Below, piece by piece: positions 11,591 to 27,295 of a stretch of DNA of 64,000 bases; the stretch's first letter is position 1, and every line of letters begins with the position of its first letter. The stretch spans positions 558,001-622,000 of the forward strand of contig CM074815.1 in the NCBI GenBank assembly GCA_037447605.1, written 5' to 3'. The notes below the pieces were generated by a model. That model had not been told where the DNA came from. It made no database searches and saw only the letters and a list, made by a program, of their open reading frames with translations. The DNA comes from Zygnema circumcarinatum SAG 698-1b (Eukaryota > Plantae > Zygnematophyceae). A program made the position numbers and the translations under genes.

Positions 11591-12511
11591 ACTCAGACGT
11601 CACATTTTCCCACAGAGAACAGCGCACTAGCGCCCTGTTCAGACTGTGACCAAATCTACTGAGGACCGCCGACAACGGCTAAGGACCGTACAGTGTACTA
11701 TGTGAGCCTATACCCCTATTGTACACAACACTTTCTTTCCTCCTCTTGCCTCCCCTCTTCCTTCCCCTCCTCGAGCTCTCCTCTCTCTCGCCCACTCCTT
11801 TCTCCCACCCCTCTCTCACTTTCTCCAACTCTATATCTCTCTCTTTCTCTCGCTCTCATTCTCTTTGTGCAGAGACTATGGGGAATCCTGAACACGCGAG
11901 CGGCAATGGGGCTCCAAGTGGCCGACATTCCTCCGCGGTTTTTAGCAGAAAAATTTGGCAGTGAGCGGAATGGGGGGAGGGCTGTAGGGAGGAGAGGAGG
12001 AGAGGAGGAGGGAGGGAGTGAGAGAGCTCGGCAATGCGAATTGGTTCTTTCCTTTGGTTTAGTTGTTGGTAAGGGGAATTTCTTTTTTTAATGATTTTAG
12101 ATAGATAGTCATGATTTTTCCATTTTTTCTTGTTTTTTTCTATTTATCGTTTTGTAAATATTTTCAGCTTGGAGTGAAATAGGAAAAATTCTTCTTGGAG
12201 GGGCAAACGGAGGGAGATTGTATATTGTACATTGTTTCGTCAGCAGGCACAGACCAGTTGGCACACTGTGCACAGTACTGAAAAAAAAAAGAGGGAAAGG
12301 AAAAAAAGGAAATGGGCTATGAATGCAATTTCAGCATGCACATTTTGGCATGAAGTCGCGCATTCAACAAATTCCGGTTTGCTGTACAAGTGAAGGGAAC
12401 TCGACGCTTCCAAAACCTCACGAGCCCGTCAATTTCTGAACCCTAAAAAACCGTCTGAAAAGGAAGAAAAAATAGAAGAAAATCGCCTGTACAGATGCAT
12501 CCCCCCTGGAC

Positions 12512-15500
12512 CTACAACCTGGCCATAGACTGCAGAGCGTCCTTAGCCTTCAATTTTGTTTCAATGTCGAAGTTTTTTCCAATGTAGGCCTTCAAATATT
12601 TAATTCCCGGAACCACATTCGAAGCATTGAGCGGCTCCCTCTGCGCCGACGCCAAGAGGTGTCCGTACACGTCCCCGTCGTACAGCCCAATGGCGGACCC
12701 TGCAAGGAACTTAGGGTTCAGAAGTTAGAGATTTCGGGGTTCTAGGCTTCAGGGTTTAGGGTTTTAGGAGTGAGTGGAGAGAGGTTTTCAGGGTTATGAA
12801 GGGTTGAGGGTTTCTCAGGGTTTTGCCCGGTACTCGAGTTTTAGGGTTGTAGGGTTTTGAAGGGTCTAACGAACTTAAAAGTGGTCTTGAAGGGTACTAA
12901 AATTGAAGTCTTGCAATTCCCTCCAAGAACGGGAAACACATAAACAAAACTCTCAAAATCCTTGTTTTCTTTCCCTTTTTTTTTGGAATGGAGTCGAGAC
13001 ATTTAGGGCTAGGGCTCTGGGGGGGTTCAGACTCGCAGGGGATTAGGATTGTTCAGGCAATTTATTTTTTTAATTTTAATTTCATTTTACCAATTTAGGG
13101 TTGAGGGCCCCTCCCTCCCTCACCCAGGTAGTGGTCCGAAAAGTGGAAGGCTTCTTTCAACTGAACGGCCGACTTCCGCACCTGCAAATAAAATGACCTT
13201 TTTAGATAATTAATACATGAATAAGGTAACTGAGGAAGAGACAAAGTGTGTGTGTCTGAGAGAGAGAGAGGAGAGAGAGAGAGAGGAGAGAGAGAGACAG
13301 TGTTACGTCATCCTATGAAATCCTGCACTTCAATTTCTGCATGGTGGATTATTCTCGCAAACTTTTGTCTTGCTTGTCTACGCATTACAATAATAGGGCG
13401 TGGTGACGCAAGCTTCCAACTCAATGTGACGTCATCACACGTGTTGTGGTTAGAGGTTCATGTTCGTCATATTGTCCGCCTCAAGCTCGAATATTGCACG
13501 GATACAGTGCCATGTACGGAGAACCCATGAACAACAACAAATTGCAAATGTAGACATGCAAAGAATAGTATGTGAGTTGCCATGCATCCATTGGCGAACC
13601 CACAAGAACTCCATAGTGAAACAGGAACATGTAAATGGCAATGCTGATATGTATAATGAAGGAAGGATACAATTTGTTTGTGGGAAAGATGTGAGGTAAG
13701 AAAGACCCTAAGACTCTAAGCAGGCGCATTGGGCGGTCAAGCGACCCCTCATTATCTTACAGTAACGCAGCGCTCTATCCTAAGGAAAAAAAAAACAAAG
13801 AAAAACGAGTGCAGGACGAAGGTCGTCCTGAACCCAAAAAATATGTCCATGGGACAAAAAAGAAATGGTCACCGGTCCTAAAATTGAAGTTCTACTCATG
13901 GCCTCCCCTCTCCCTCCCACCCTCCCTCTATCTCTCTCTCTGCACTCCTACACATCAACATCGTCTATGGTCCTCGCTCCTTCCCCTTCCCCTTCATCCT
14001 TCCACTTCCACTTCTTCAATTCGTTCAATAAGAGCTTCCTTTTCTCGTCGCGGCTCTTCGGAACCTTTTCAGCCTCTCCCTCCTCCCTACTCGACTCCTC
14101 ATCCTCCTCCCACCCATCGTCTCTCTCTCCCCTCTCCTCCCCCCACTGCCTCACTTCCCCTTCCTCCGCACCCACCCTCCTGGGCCTCCTCTCCTTCAAA
14201 CTCGTCGCCTTCAACACCACCTCACCATGTCCCCTCCTTCTCTCTTTCCTCCTCCCTTTCCTCCTTCCTGAACTCTGCGAAACAGAAGAGTCCCCCTCTA
14301 AGGAAGAGTCCGAAAACCCTCCCACCCTCGAGCCAGTTGAATTACCTCCTGGAGAGACTCTCCTACAGCTGAACTCCGCTTCATGGCCATCCCAATGCCT
14401 TCTAAGAAGTCTGTCAGACTCAGATCGCTTCAGACTCCTCTTCACAGGTGTGGCAGATATCTCCACCACATGCCTCTCCTCCTCTTCTTCGTCCTCCACA
14501 TCATCCTCCGTCTCAACCTCACCACCTTCTGAAGAGAGAGAAGAGTCCCCTCTCTCTCTTGGAGACCAAATCGAGCCTTTCGCCTTTCTATGTCTAAGCT
14601 GAGGTTGAACTTGCCTTGCCTCCCTTCCGACAGAGCGAGGAGAGCCTACAGAAGAAGAGCTTCGGAAGCCTCCAGAATGCTTTGAAGGAGAAGGAGATCT
14701 CAAGTGCAGTCCTCCACTTTCAACCAATGGGCGCATTGCCTGAAGAGATTTCGGAACTTCATTCTCTCCAAGTCTAGCAAGTCGGACAGCTCCTCGTCTA
14801 CTAACTCCACCTGCTGTCACATCTACTGGAGGTTGAAATGCTCTACCACCACCCCTCTCCCTCCCCCCCTCTCTCCCTCCACCCCTCCTCTCTCTCCTCT
14901 GCAGTTGCATCCGAGGAGGAGACACCCCATACCCATCAAAGTCATCATCCTCCGCTTCAGGGGAAACATACCCATCAGAGAGAGACTGCCTGTGTGGTCT
15001 TCTCCTCCTCATTCCTTTCACACTCCTCTCCGCATATTCACCATTTGCTTCAAAGTCTGCAAATACCTCCCGAGAAGCAATACCCTGTGCGGATACTCCA
15101 CCCCTCTTCTTTCCCCCTTTCTGAGAAAACGAAGATGACTGAAGAACAGCCACTTCCGCTTTGCGTGCAACCTCCACCACTTCCGTCGCAAATGAGAAAT
15201 CTGGCCTTCTATGTTTAACTAAAGGACGAGGGGAAATTTCAGTCACATCTGCAAATGACTCCGCCTTTCTATGCCTCTTAGGGTTTGTAAGACGCGGCGA
15301 AATTTCGGGTGGTGAGAAAGCCTCCAGGGCGGGCGGGGCTGGGATCGAATATTCACGGGCTGCCCGAGCCGCTTTTTTCCTATACACAGAGAAGATAATT
15401 TCTTCAATGTCTTCCTGAGTGAGCGCTCCCCCAAAGTGCGTTAAAGAAGGAGGCGGAGCCTCTCTTCCCTCTCCGTCCTCCTCTACGGAAATGTACCCGT

Positions 15501-16308
15501 CTGAAAGCGACTTTCTATGCGACCTCCGAACTGTTGGGTCTCTCGGCTTCCTCACATACTCCTTATACTCAAAAACTGGTCTCTGTGTCAGTTGCTTTTC
15601 CGTTAGCTTCCTCTTCATCAGACCCTCTCTAGAGTGATCGAAAGTTCGGGAAGTCCCAAACTCGCTCTGATCAACATGGTTCAGATTACCCCCATCGTAG
15701 CCCATCCCTGCCTGCTGGTTATATACAGCCCTGCTTCCCTGCTTCTCCACAAACCCATCCGTCCCATTAAACCCACTAGTAGATGCAATTTCGAGCCCCA
15801 CAACCCCTCGCTCCTGAACCCTCTCCCTCCTCTCTCCGTACAATGCCGACCGCCAGCCGGCCCTCCCCCTCCCTGCCGTCTCCGCCTCCCACGTGTCCAC
15901 CGCACCCTTCCTCCCCGCCCCTCCCCCATGCTGAGCCGCACTCCTCCCCCCTCCCCGAGAAAAAAAGGCCTTCCAAAATTTTTTCCTGCCCAACTTCTCC
16001 TCCGCCGACGAGGTTCCAAGCTCCGGAAGTTTCTTCAAATCCGAAACCTTCGCCGTGCCGCTCCGCGATTTGAACCCAGAAAATAAACTTGAAATGAACC
16101 TCCTGCCGAGGGAGGGGCTCCCTCTGCTTGAAGTGACTGAAGGAGTGGGAGAGCTGTCTCTCTTCCTCACTCTCTCCCTCACTCTCTCCCACTCTCCCTC
16201 CTCCCCCGGAACTGCCTCTGTGGCCTCCATCCTACCTCTCTTTCTCCATGCATCCACCTCCCAAGGCTGCAGCGCCATGGCTTCACCTCCTTCTGACCCT
16301 TTACCCAT
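12512..16308 (-). CDS. Uncharacterised ~870-aa protein: long disordered S/R/E/G-rich N-terminus plus compact C-terminal domain; 4 exons (16308-13952, 13779-13761, 13181-13124, 12699-12512)
   Basis: GT-AG junctions with matching phases give a continuous C-terminus DDVDVIERCVTVRKSAVQLKEAFHFSDHYLGSAIGLYDGDVYGHLLASAQREPLNASNVVPGIKYLKAYIGKNFDIETKLKAKDALQSMARL*. Confidence 0.75.
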
Positions 16309-17073
16309 ATGTCAAGGAAGCCATAGAAGAGAGAGAGAGCCCTGTCTATATACGAGAGGCGGGGGAGGGAGGGAGGGAAAGAGGGAGGGAGGGAGGCGGG
16401 CGAGGGCGGCGGCGTGGAGGGGAACGAAGGCGGCCGCGTGGGCAGAGAATCTGGCGGGAACTCGCACGTGTGAACCACTCCTGATGCTGGTCCTCTTTTG
16501 TCGGCGGGCAGACAAAAACAACCTTTAAGTGCCCGTTTTCTTCTGGCCGGCGGCATCCTTTTCAACGGCGAGTTGAATTCGGCCCGCGCTCAGTTTGACT
16601 CAGTCCGTATCTCTGCGCTGCAAACATTTTAGCGAATCCCGGGAACCAATGGAACGTCGCCACGGTGGACTGCCGGTCAAGAAACACAATCCTTTTGTCA
16701 CGCGGCGGCCTCTCATTAGGCCAAATCCGTAAATGTCGGATGACAGGGACGCCACGTCGGCACCACGTGGGATCCCCTGAACCGAGGCGTGTGCCCCTTC
16801 CGGAGGTCCCCATTTTTTTTTCTTTCGTGCAGCGGGCAGGCGAAGTGCCGCCGCGGGCAGGCGTCCGGGCAGTAAATAATTTCCACGGGCAGCACGGACG
16901 TGGCCGGCGGGCGGCGGGACGGGGGGGGTCTGGGCAGCGGTCTGCCACGTGCGTGCCGTACGGACGGGGCCACGTGGCGGGCGCAAGGCCACGGTCCGGG
17001 GCGGGATCTCCGGGCACCTCGCTGGCAGGCGCTGGGCGGCCCGCGGGGTGGGGGGGTTGATTGGGGTCGGGGA

Positions 17074-17211
17074 TGTTCACATTGGTCGGGTTGTCTGGAA
17101 CGGGTGTTTACATCGGCGGATTGTCTGGGAGGGGTGTTCACATAAGGCGGGAAGGGCGGTGTCTGGGATGGATGTTCACATTGAGTGGGGAAGGGGGAAG
17201 GGTGTTCACAT
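17074..17211. repeat. Five spaced copies of TGTT(C/T)ACAT
   Basis: Copies at 17074, 17105, 17135, 17173 and 17203, spaced 30-38 bp apart in G-rich spacers. Confidence 0.8.
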
Positions 17212-17464
17212 TGGAAAAGGTTTTTGGGGGTAAGGAACACCGCGTGGTGACTGGTGAGGGTTAATGGTCATCTATGGATGGATGGCATCGTCATGAGAAT
17301 GGGAAATGGCATTGATCTCACGATGGCGAGACCATCACATGTACATGGACGAATTCAGCATAAGGAACCACGAAGAACTGGTCGCAAAGGACCTGAGCAC
17401 CAAAGAAAAAAGCTAGGAGCGGAAAGCATCGTCATGAGTTTTGTTTCAAACTTTGGAAGGGGAG

Positions 17465-17548
17465 GCATGAGCATCATGGCATGATGTGATCTGGTGTGAT
17501 ACGATGGCACGATGATGGCATGACATGGCATGGCATGGTCTGGCATGG
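17465..17548. repeat. ATGGC/CCATG-rich degenerate array
   Basis: Visible ggcatg/atggca repeats. Confidence 0.7.
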
Positions 17549-18152
17549 CAGTGGTGTGTGTCGACCTCTTCAAAAACAAAAGAACAAGTTGTCACGGATG
17601 TTGCAGTAGTTTTGATCGTCACTAATGACGAAAACGACCTATTTTCGTGCCAAATAAAGCTGGACATGGTTCGGCAGCAGAAAGTCAAAAAACAGGTAAG
17701 GACTCAAATAATCAAGTTATTAACTTGATTGAAAAAGTTCTACCAGCATGCATTGAATTGCAATAATTCAGTTCAAGTTCACTTATGGGTTATACATCAT
17801 ATGAAGAGAGAAGGTTCAGAAAACCACGGAATACTTAATCCGCATACAAAGAAAGAATCAAAATAACCAGATGCAACGTGCCACGCAAGAAAGCGTTAAT
17901 GAGTGCAGATGATGGGAGCGGAGCCAAAAAATATTCTCCTTCACATTACAAGTGGTAAGTGAAGCATATCCTTACAAACTTCAGCTTCATCCATTGATTC
18001 CAAAATAACTACTCCTGTGTGAAAATCAATGCTTCTCTGTATCATATATCTGTTTGAATAAGCTAAAAAACGCATTATTCTGACTTCACCCCGACGGTTC
18101 ACGAATCTGGAACGGCGCTGCAGTGTTCAGAAAGATCTGTCAAGGAGCAACT

Positions 18153-19198
18153 TTAGCATCGCTTCACAGCACGTTTGAACACTAGTGGAAACAGAGCTTC
18201 CTTGTATTCCAGTGTCAACGAATCAAAAACTTTCAACACGGATTCACGATAAAGTTCAAAACCGGAAGGCGCACCCGTCAAGAAACTCTCGAGGAACCTG
18301 TTCCTTTGTTGAACAGTCATGATCACTTTTCTTTCTGCCAGGCCCTGCAAAAATGTTCCCTGTACTTGGCATATTTGAGAATGTATTGAGTTCTTACATG
18401 CCGCGCATAATAAGCTCACTCGACGAACCATGTCACGCAGGGATCGTGCATCTGTCATGTCTAGAATGGGATCCGCTTCCAAAATATTTAACCTCCACCC
18501 GCCTGCTCCAAACGTTGCATCCATGCCTTCAACAAGCATGTTGTCACTTTCATGGCTTCACTGACATAGCAGCACGAGCCTTCGTTCGAGATGATTCGAC
18601 GAAGGCAAGACAAGAACATGCGAAGGATCTTGTTTACTCCGAAAATCTTTGGACAGCTCAGAAGTTCATTCTTCATCTGTTCAACGATCTTGCTTGCTGG
18701 ATTCTTGCAGCAATGCAGAAGTCTCCCAAACTGTGGAGAAGTGCCAATCTCGAGCAGCTGCATGATAAGTGCGTTTACTTCCTTCATCTGCATCCCCTCG
18801 AGCACTGAAATCACCATTTCTGCCTCCGCTCCTCTCTGCCAGGACACATTCCTGAGATAATCCGAGCACTCCTTGATGCCGTCTTCATACAGGCACATGC
18901 AGCAGATTTTCAGCAGGATAGCGGTCGTCTTGACATCCTTCAGTTCATCTTCAAAGTTGGACGTCCTTGCCATCAGCTTCAGGACAGTCACAAACCAATC
19001 CACTTCTTCCTTTGCCACAGTCACCGAAATCACCGGGTGGCTCTTCTCACTGGCCTGGGACGAATTCCAACGCAATTTTGTGGAAAGATACTTACTTTTG
19101 CCCAGTGCAGCTGCAGTCATGCTATGTGTAACCAATACATGATTTCCCTCGACATCAAGGATTTGCACTTCCACCACTTCAACACCTGAAGGTATCAT
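18153..19198 (-). pseudogene. BTB/POZ-domain protein (At3g05675/At3g50780-like family), intronless CDS with one apparent frameshift near 18500-18540
   Basis: SKYLSTKLRW...ISV...DWFVTVLKLM...CSDYLRNVSW matches the family pattern. The C-terminal half (RNRFLESFL...VFDSLTLEYKEALF) is in a different frame. A probable 5'UTR acceptor ttctgcag lies just before ATG 19198. Confidence 0.6.
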
Positions 19199-19635
19199 CT
19201 CTGCAGAAAAAGAAGCCATATGCGAAACCGGCTACATGTGATTCCTGCCCTGCCTTGAAATCCTAATCCTGCACCACCATCATCACATCTCCTGTGTCTC
19301 CCACTGCTCCCTGAAACCCTAATCTCGGCGCCTCCTTGCAGTCCGGCAAGCGCCTGCTCCGTCCTGCATGCTCGCTGAGCTTGAACAGTGCTCAAAACCA
19401 GCGGCAAAACGCAATTTGCATTGTGGTGGAAGCCTATAAAGGGCACAACTTCTTTACTTCCTGATCCAATCGAGCTCTCCACGTAAGCATAAATTACCTA
19501 CGTGACGCTATGGTGGCACAAATTTAGAAAGTACCCTCTCCATGGAAGCAAGCCGTACACAACGGGTACAGTTGAAACCTGTAGAACCCTTTTCTCGTGG
19601 AACCCGAGCCCACCAACAATGCGTATCATTCTGAA

Positions 19636-20160
19636 TAGTATCGTATCGTATCGGTCTCTGAAAAGTGTATCGCATCACATCTTCAAGTATCGTATCGTAT
19701 CACCTCATAATCATAGATTGTATCGTATCGTCTCATAATTCTAGAGTGTATCGTATCGCAATACAACTATCGTCTCGTAATGTATCGTCAATGAAAAAAT
19801 GTATCGTATCGCATTACAACTGTCGTATCGTACTGTAACGGCTGTGTTAAAGTGTATTGTGTCGCATTGCAAATACCGTATCGTACGTATTGAAAATGTA
19901 GAGTGCTTATATCGTATAAAAATATCGTATCGTTCCGTATCGAAATTGTAAGTGTATCGTATCAAATCACATCTATTGTAACGTATCGAGATAATTTAGT
20001 ATGTTGAATTAAAAGTTTCGTATCGAATCGTATCGACTTTGGAGAGCATGTCGTATCGGAATGTAAATACAGTAACGTACAGTATCGGATTTATGAAATG
20101 TTATCGTCTCGCATTGAAAATTTCGTATCGGTTTCATCTTAAGGATTACAGTATATCGCA
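19636..20160. repeat. Degenerate (TATCG)n pentamer satellite, ~520 bp
   Basis: Dozens of GTATCG/TATCGT units in one orientation within an AT-rich background. Confidence 0.85.
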
Positions 20161-20805
20161 GCACTAGGTCGCTCTGTGTGGCAGTTACGGCGAATTTTCC
20201 AGGCTGAGGTCGATGGTTCAGACCTTGTCCCGGTAAAAGAAGAGTGGGAGGAATTGAGTGTAGAGGAGCCGGAAAGCCGCAGGATGGGATGGGAGAGAGA
20301 GAGAGGGCGAGGCGAGGGTGTGAGCAGAAGCAGGCGAGAAGTGACGTGAGGGAACTCAAAATGGGAGTGGAATGAGGAGACCGAGGCCTGAAGGTCTCCG
20401 ACGGCCGGTCGCAGAGAGCGGAACTAAGAAGATGGAAAATCAGTTGTAATCGCCCACAGCCTACAGTATCTTGATTTACCCCCCCTGCATTCAACCTGTC
20501 ATTCATACCAAGCATTCAATCCGCACGCCAAGACAAAGTAGCAAGGACAGTCGTCTTGTTACAATTTCAGCCCAAGTCACAAGAAGAACATTCTTTCGCT
20601 GCTCCTCCAAGCTGGCTGATGCTGCTGCTGTCTGCACACGAAATGTCACACGCTTCTATGCTTCCGTTCTTCCTGTGCATAAAAATGTACAAATGGTACG
20701 GCTTTAAGTTATTAAAGAAAGTGCTCCGCTGTATTTTGAACCGCTTGGTTGCATGCTAGCCAGCCTCTCACTTTTCCTACTAAAGAAAGAAAAAAACAAA
20801 GTATT

Positions 20806-24402
<3,597 letters not shown>

Positions 24403-24563
24403 GGCTGGACCTCGACCTCGGTGTAGTGCGAGAGAGCGAGAGCGAGAGCGAGAGGGAGAGAGGGAGAGAGATTGAGAGAGAGGGAGACGGAGAATGGAGG
24501 GCGATGGCTCCCGCGGGTCCAAGTACGGCGGGGGAGGGAGGGAGGGGGGCGAATCCGGGCGGG

Positions 24564-24672
24564 GATAAACGCGGCGTGCTGATTGGCCGCCGCACCGCCG
24601 GGGATGGGGGGAGGGCCGCTGCATGGTGCCACGTGGCGGCCGGGTGTTGGCGGAGAGGGGGAGCTCGCACGT
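24564..24672 (-). promoter_or_regulatory. Light-responsive-type promoter of Lhcb3: GATAA, CCAAT, palindromic G-box GCCACGTGGC and a second CACGTG
   Basis: GATAA at 24564, ATTGG at 24582, GCCACGTGGC at 24628, CACGTG near 24667. Confidence 0.6.
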
Positions 24673-25947
24673 GCGGAGATCGGGAGCCGGGAGGAGCGGA
24701 GCGGGGAGACCGTACCCTTTTGGACGTTGGCTGGGTACGAATGTACTTTTTGTACGAAATGTACGGTTTGGAGGGTATGAAAGAGGCTACGAATGTGAAT
24801 AAAACGTCGATGGGGTAGATTGAAATGGGTGAATTTTGTTCAGGACTGTAACTGACTAACTAACAGGCGTAGTCTAGGCTAGGCTTGACTCATTTTGACT
24901 TTTCTTGGCTTGGCTATACTCCATTCGTTTCCGTTTGGAATTATCATCAATTGCACCATGAGTTTGAGTTTGTATGCTTGAACAAAATTTTTCGAGGCAG
25001 CACTAGTACTATGAAGAGCCAAATCTTACGTTTCATTGGAAATTTGGGCCCCCCCGGGTGTAAGCAATTGTGGGATAAGATTTCTCGTACTTTGGCACTC
25101 GTCTTGTGGCCTCAAGAATGACAAGGATTGGACAATCGTGCGACATACAACAAACACTTGCAAATGTAGATAACTAAGTTACTAACACCCAAGTTGAAAC
25201 CTTTAACGATTCAATGTGAATATAGATTTATCGAAATTCGATTTTTTGCCGCTCACGCTCCAAGGATCCTGAAAGAGGACCCAAGCATTTCAGAACAACA
25301 ATAATCAACTAACTGCCTTCCCAGTCAAAATTTCTACCAAACTGCATCCAACGCAGGATGAAGACGATGCGGACGATGAAACCTTCCGTTCCGTCCCGCG
25401 CAGTTCCGTTCCGCTCGTTCTGTTCTGGACTGTTCCGCCGGAGTCCCGTCACCCTGCGTTCGCAGTTCCCAGTTCCCGGCGACAGCCATTCTCTGTGCCA
25501 AACAAGGTGAGAGCGTCCAGATCCAACCAGCCGTCCAACAGCCGCAACATTCAGCCCATAGAACCTCTCCCCACCGATCCCCCATTCCCTCTCCCACCTG
25601 CCGCCTCCCTCCCAAATTCCCCAATTCCCAGAATCCCAAATTTCAGCCCTGCCCCGCAATCCCGCAAACTAGCGGTGGGCGGAGGAGCGGGCCCCGCCCC
25701 GGCCAATGGGGCCGCGCCACGCTGGCGGGCCCCCTCATCCTTTCCTTATCCGCCCGCGCCGCGCCCCGCGCCGCCCTGCAAATACTGCCCCGCCCAAAAT
25801 CGCCCCCCCCTCCGAGCGAGCAGGATACAGCAGGCTGCCCTCCCTGCAAGTGAGTTGCAGACGTGTTGCAAGGTGTAAGAGAGGCAAGCATAGAGAGGTA
25901 GGCAGAGAGAGACAGACAGAGACAGACAGACAGACAGGGCAGGAGCA

Positions 25948-27295
25948 ATGGCAGCCACATCCATGGCATCCAGCATCGTGCTGAAGAGCTCCCCGGCGGC
26001 GTTGAGCTCCGCCCGCAGCAGCGTGGCGGGAGCGAGCTTTGAGGTCGCCAAGCCGGTGTCCGTGGCCGTGAGGACCAGCGTTGTGTGCCGGGCAGAGAAG
26101 GCGGAGGAGTCCGCGGTGTCCCGCCGCGCTGCGTTGACCCTTCTTGCCGGCGCTGCTGCGCTGACAGTGAAGGCCAGCCCCGCTGAGGCTGCTTACGGAG
26201 AGGCTGGTGAGCTGCTGGAAGAGAGAGGATGGTTGTAGATGCAGGTTCTCCTTCATTCACCGTCTGTATCGTCTCTCCTCATTCGCCCTGTGTATCCTCT
26301 TCATTCACCGCTTGCCTCTCCTCATTCACTGTTCATCAGCGCTGGCGCGGAGTCAATGTTTAGTTCGTTAAGCATACATAAGTTGTTGTGGCCCGCTGTT
26401 TGGTAGGATCTTGCTGTACTGGCATGAGGACTTAGATATCTTTGCAGGATTCGCCTCCAGAGAGATGCTGGTTAACTTGGAACTTCAATCGCTTCTTGCA
26501 GCCAACATCTTTGCCCCCGCAAAGAAGCAGACCGGCTTCATCCCCTACTCTGGTACCGGATTCTCTCTTGATGTGCCTGCCAAGTGGAACCCGAGCAAGG
26601 AGATTGAGTTCCCTGGCACCGTTGTGAGATTTGAGGATAACTTCGACGCGACCAACAATCTCGCCGTCATGATCACTCCTTCCTCCAAGTCATCCATTAA
26701 AGACTACGGATCTCCTGAGGATTTCCTGCAGGAGGTACAGCCGGCCGACCACGATGCCTTTTGAATCCACTTTCGCCTGTTTTTGAATATTCAATCTGGA
26801 CGCCTGCTAACAATACCTCTAATGTTTGGTGCTTGCAGGTGTCTTTCCTCCTCGGAAAGCAAACCGCCACGTTCATCACCAGCTCTGAGGTTAGTAAAGC
26901 CTTTCGCTTCACATCAACGTTCATGAAGCACATTGTTTCGGTAATCCCTGGATTGAAAGGATGCCTTCGGATATTGTGTCAAGGAAGGCGACTCAATTCT
27001 GTGGTTGCTGCTCTGCTCGTGTGGGATGCTGCAGGGTGGATTTGCGGACAACGCGGTGGCTACCGCGTCTGTGTTGAGCTCGGAAGCCGTCAACCTGGGC
27101 GGCAAGGACTACTTCAAGCTCTCGCTGCTGACCAGGACGGCTGACGGTGATGAGGGTGGCAAGCACCAGCTGATCACGGCGGCCGTGAACGACGGCAAGC
27201 TGTACGTGTTGAAGGTGCAGGCCGGGGACAAGAGGTGGTTCAAGGGAGCAAAGAAGTTCGCTGAGGGAGCCGTTGAGTCCTTCCTAGTTGCGTAG
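25948..27295 (+). CDS. PSBP: PSII oxygen-evolving complex 23-kDa protein PsbP; 4 coding exons (25948-26206, 26502-26734, 26839-26889, 27035-27295) plus a 5'UTR intron
   Basis: Bipartite transit peptide with twin-Arg SRRAAL and AEA|AYGEAANIF; [15 protein letters not shown]; RFEDNFD; [15 protein letters not shown]; [16 protein letters not shown]. Confidence 0.96.

Noticed and set aside
13809-16528. Multiple plus-strand S/P-rich ORFs
   Set aside because: Antisense shadows of the purine-rich minus-strand exon.
17074-17211. Possible CRISPR-like repeat-spacer array
   Set aside because: The repeat is only 9 bp, the spacers are mutually similar and G-rich, the context is eukaryotic and there are no cas genes.
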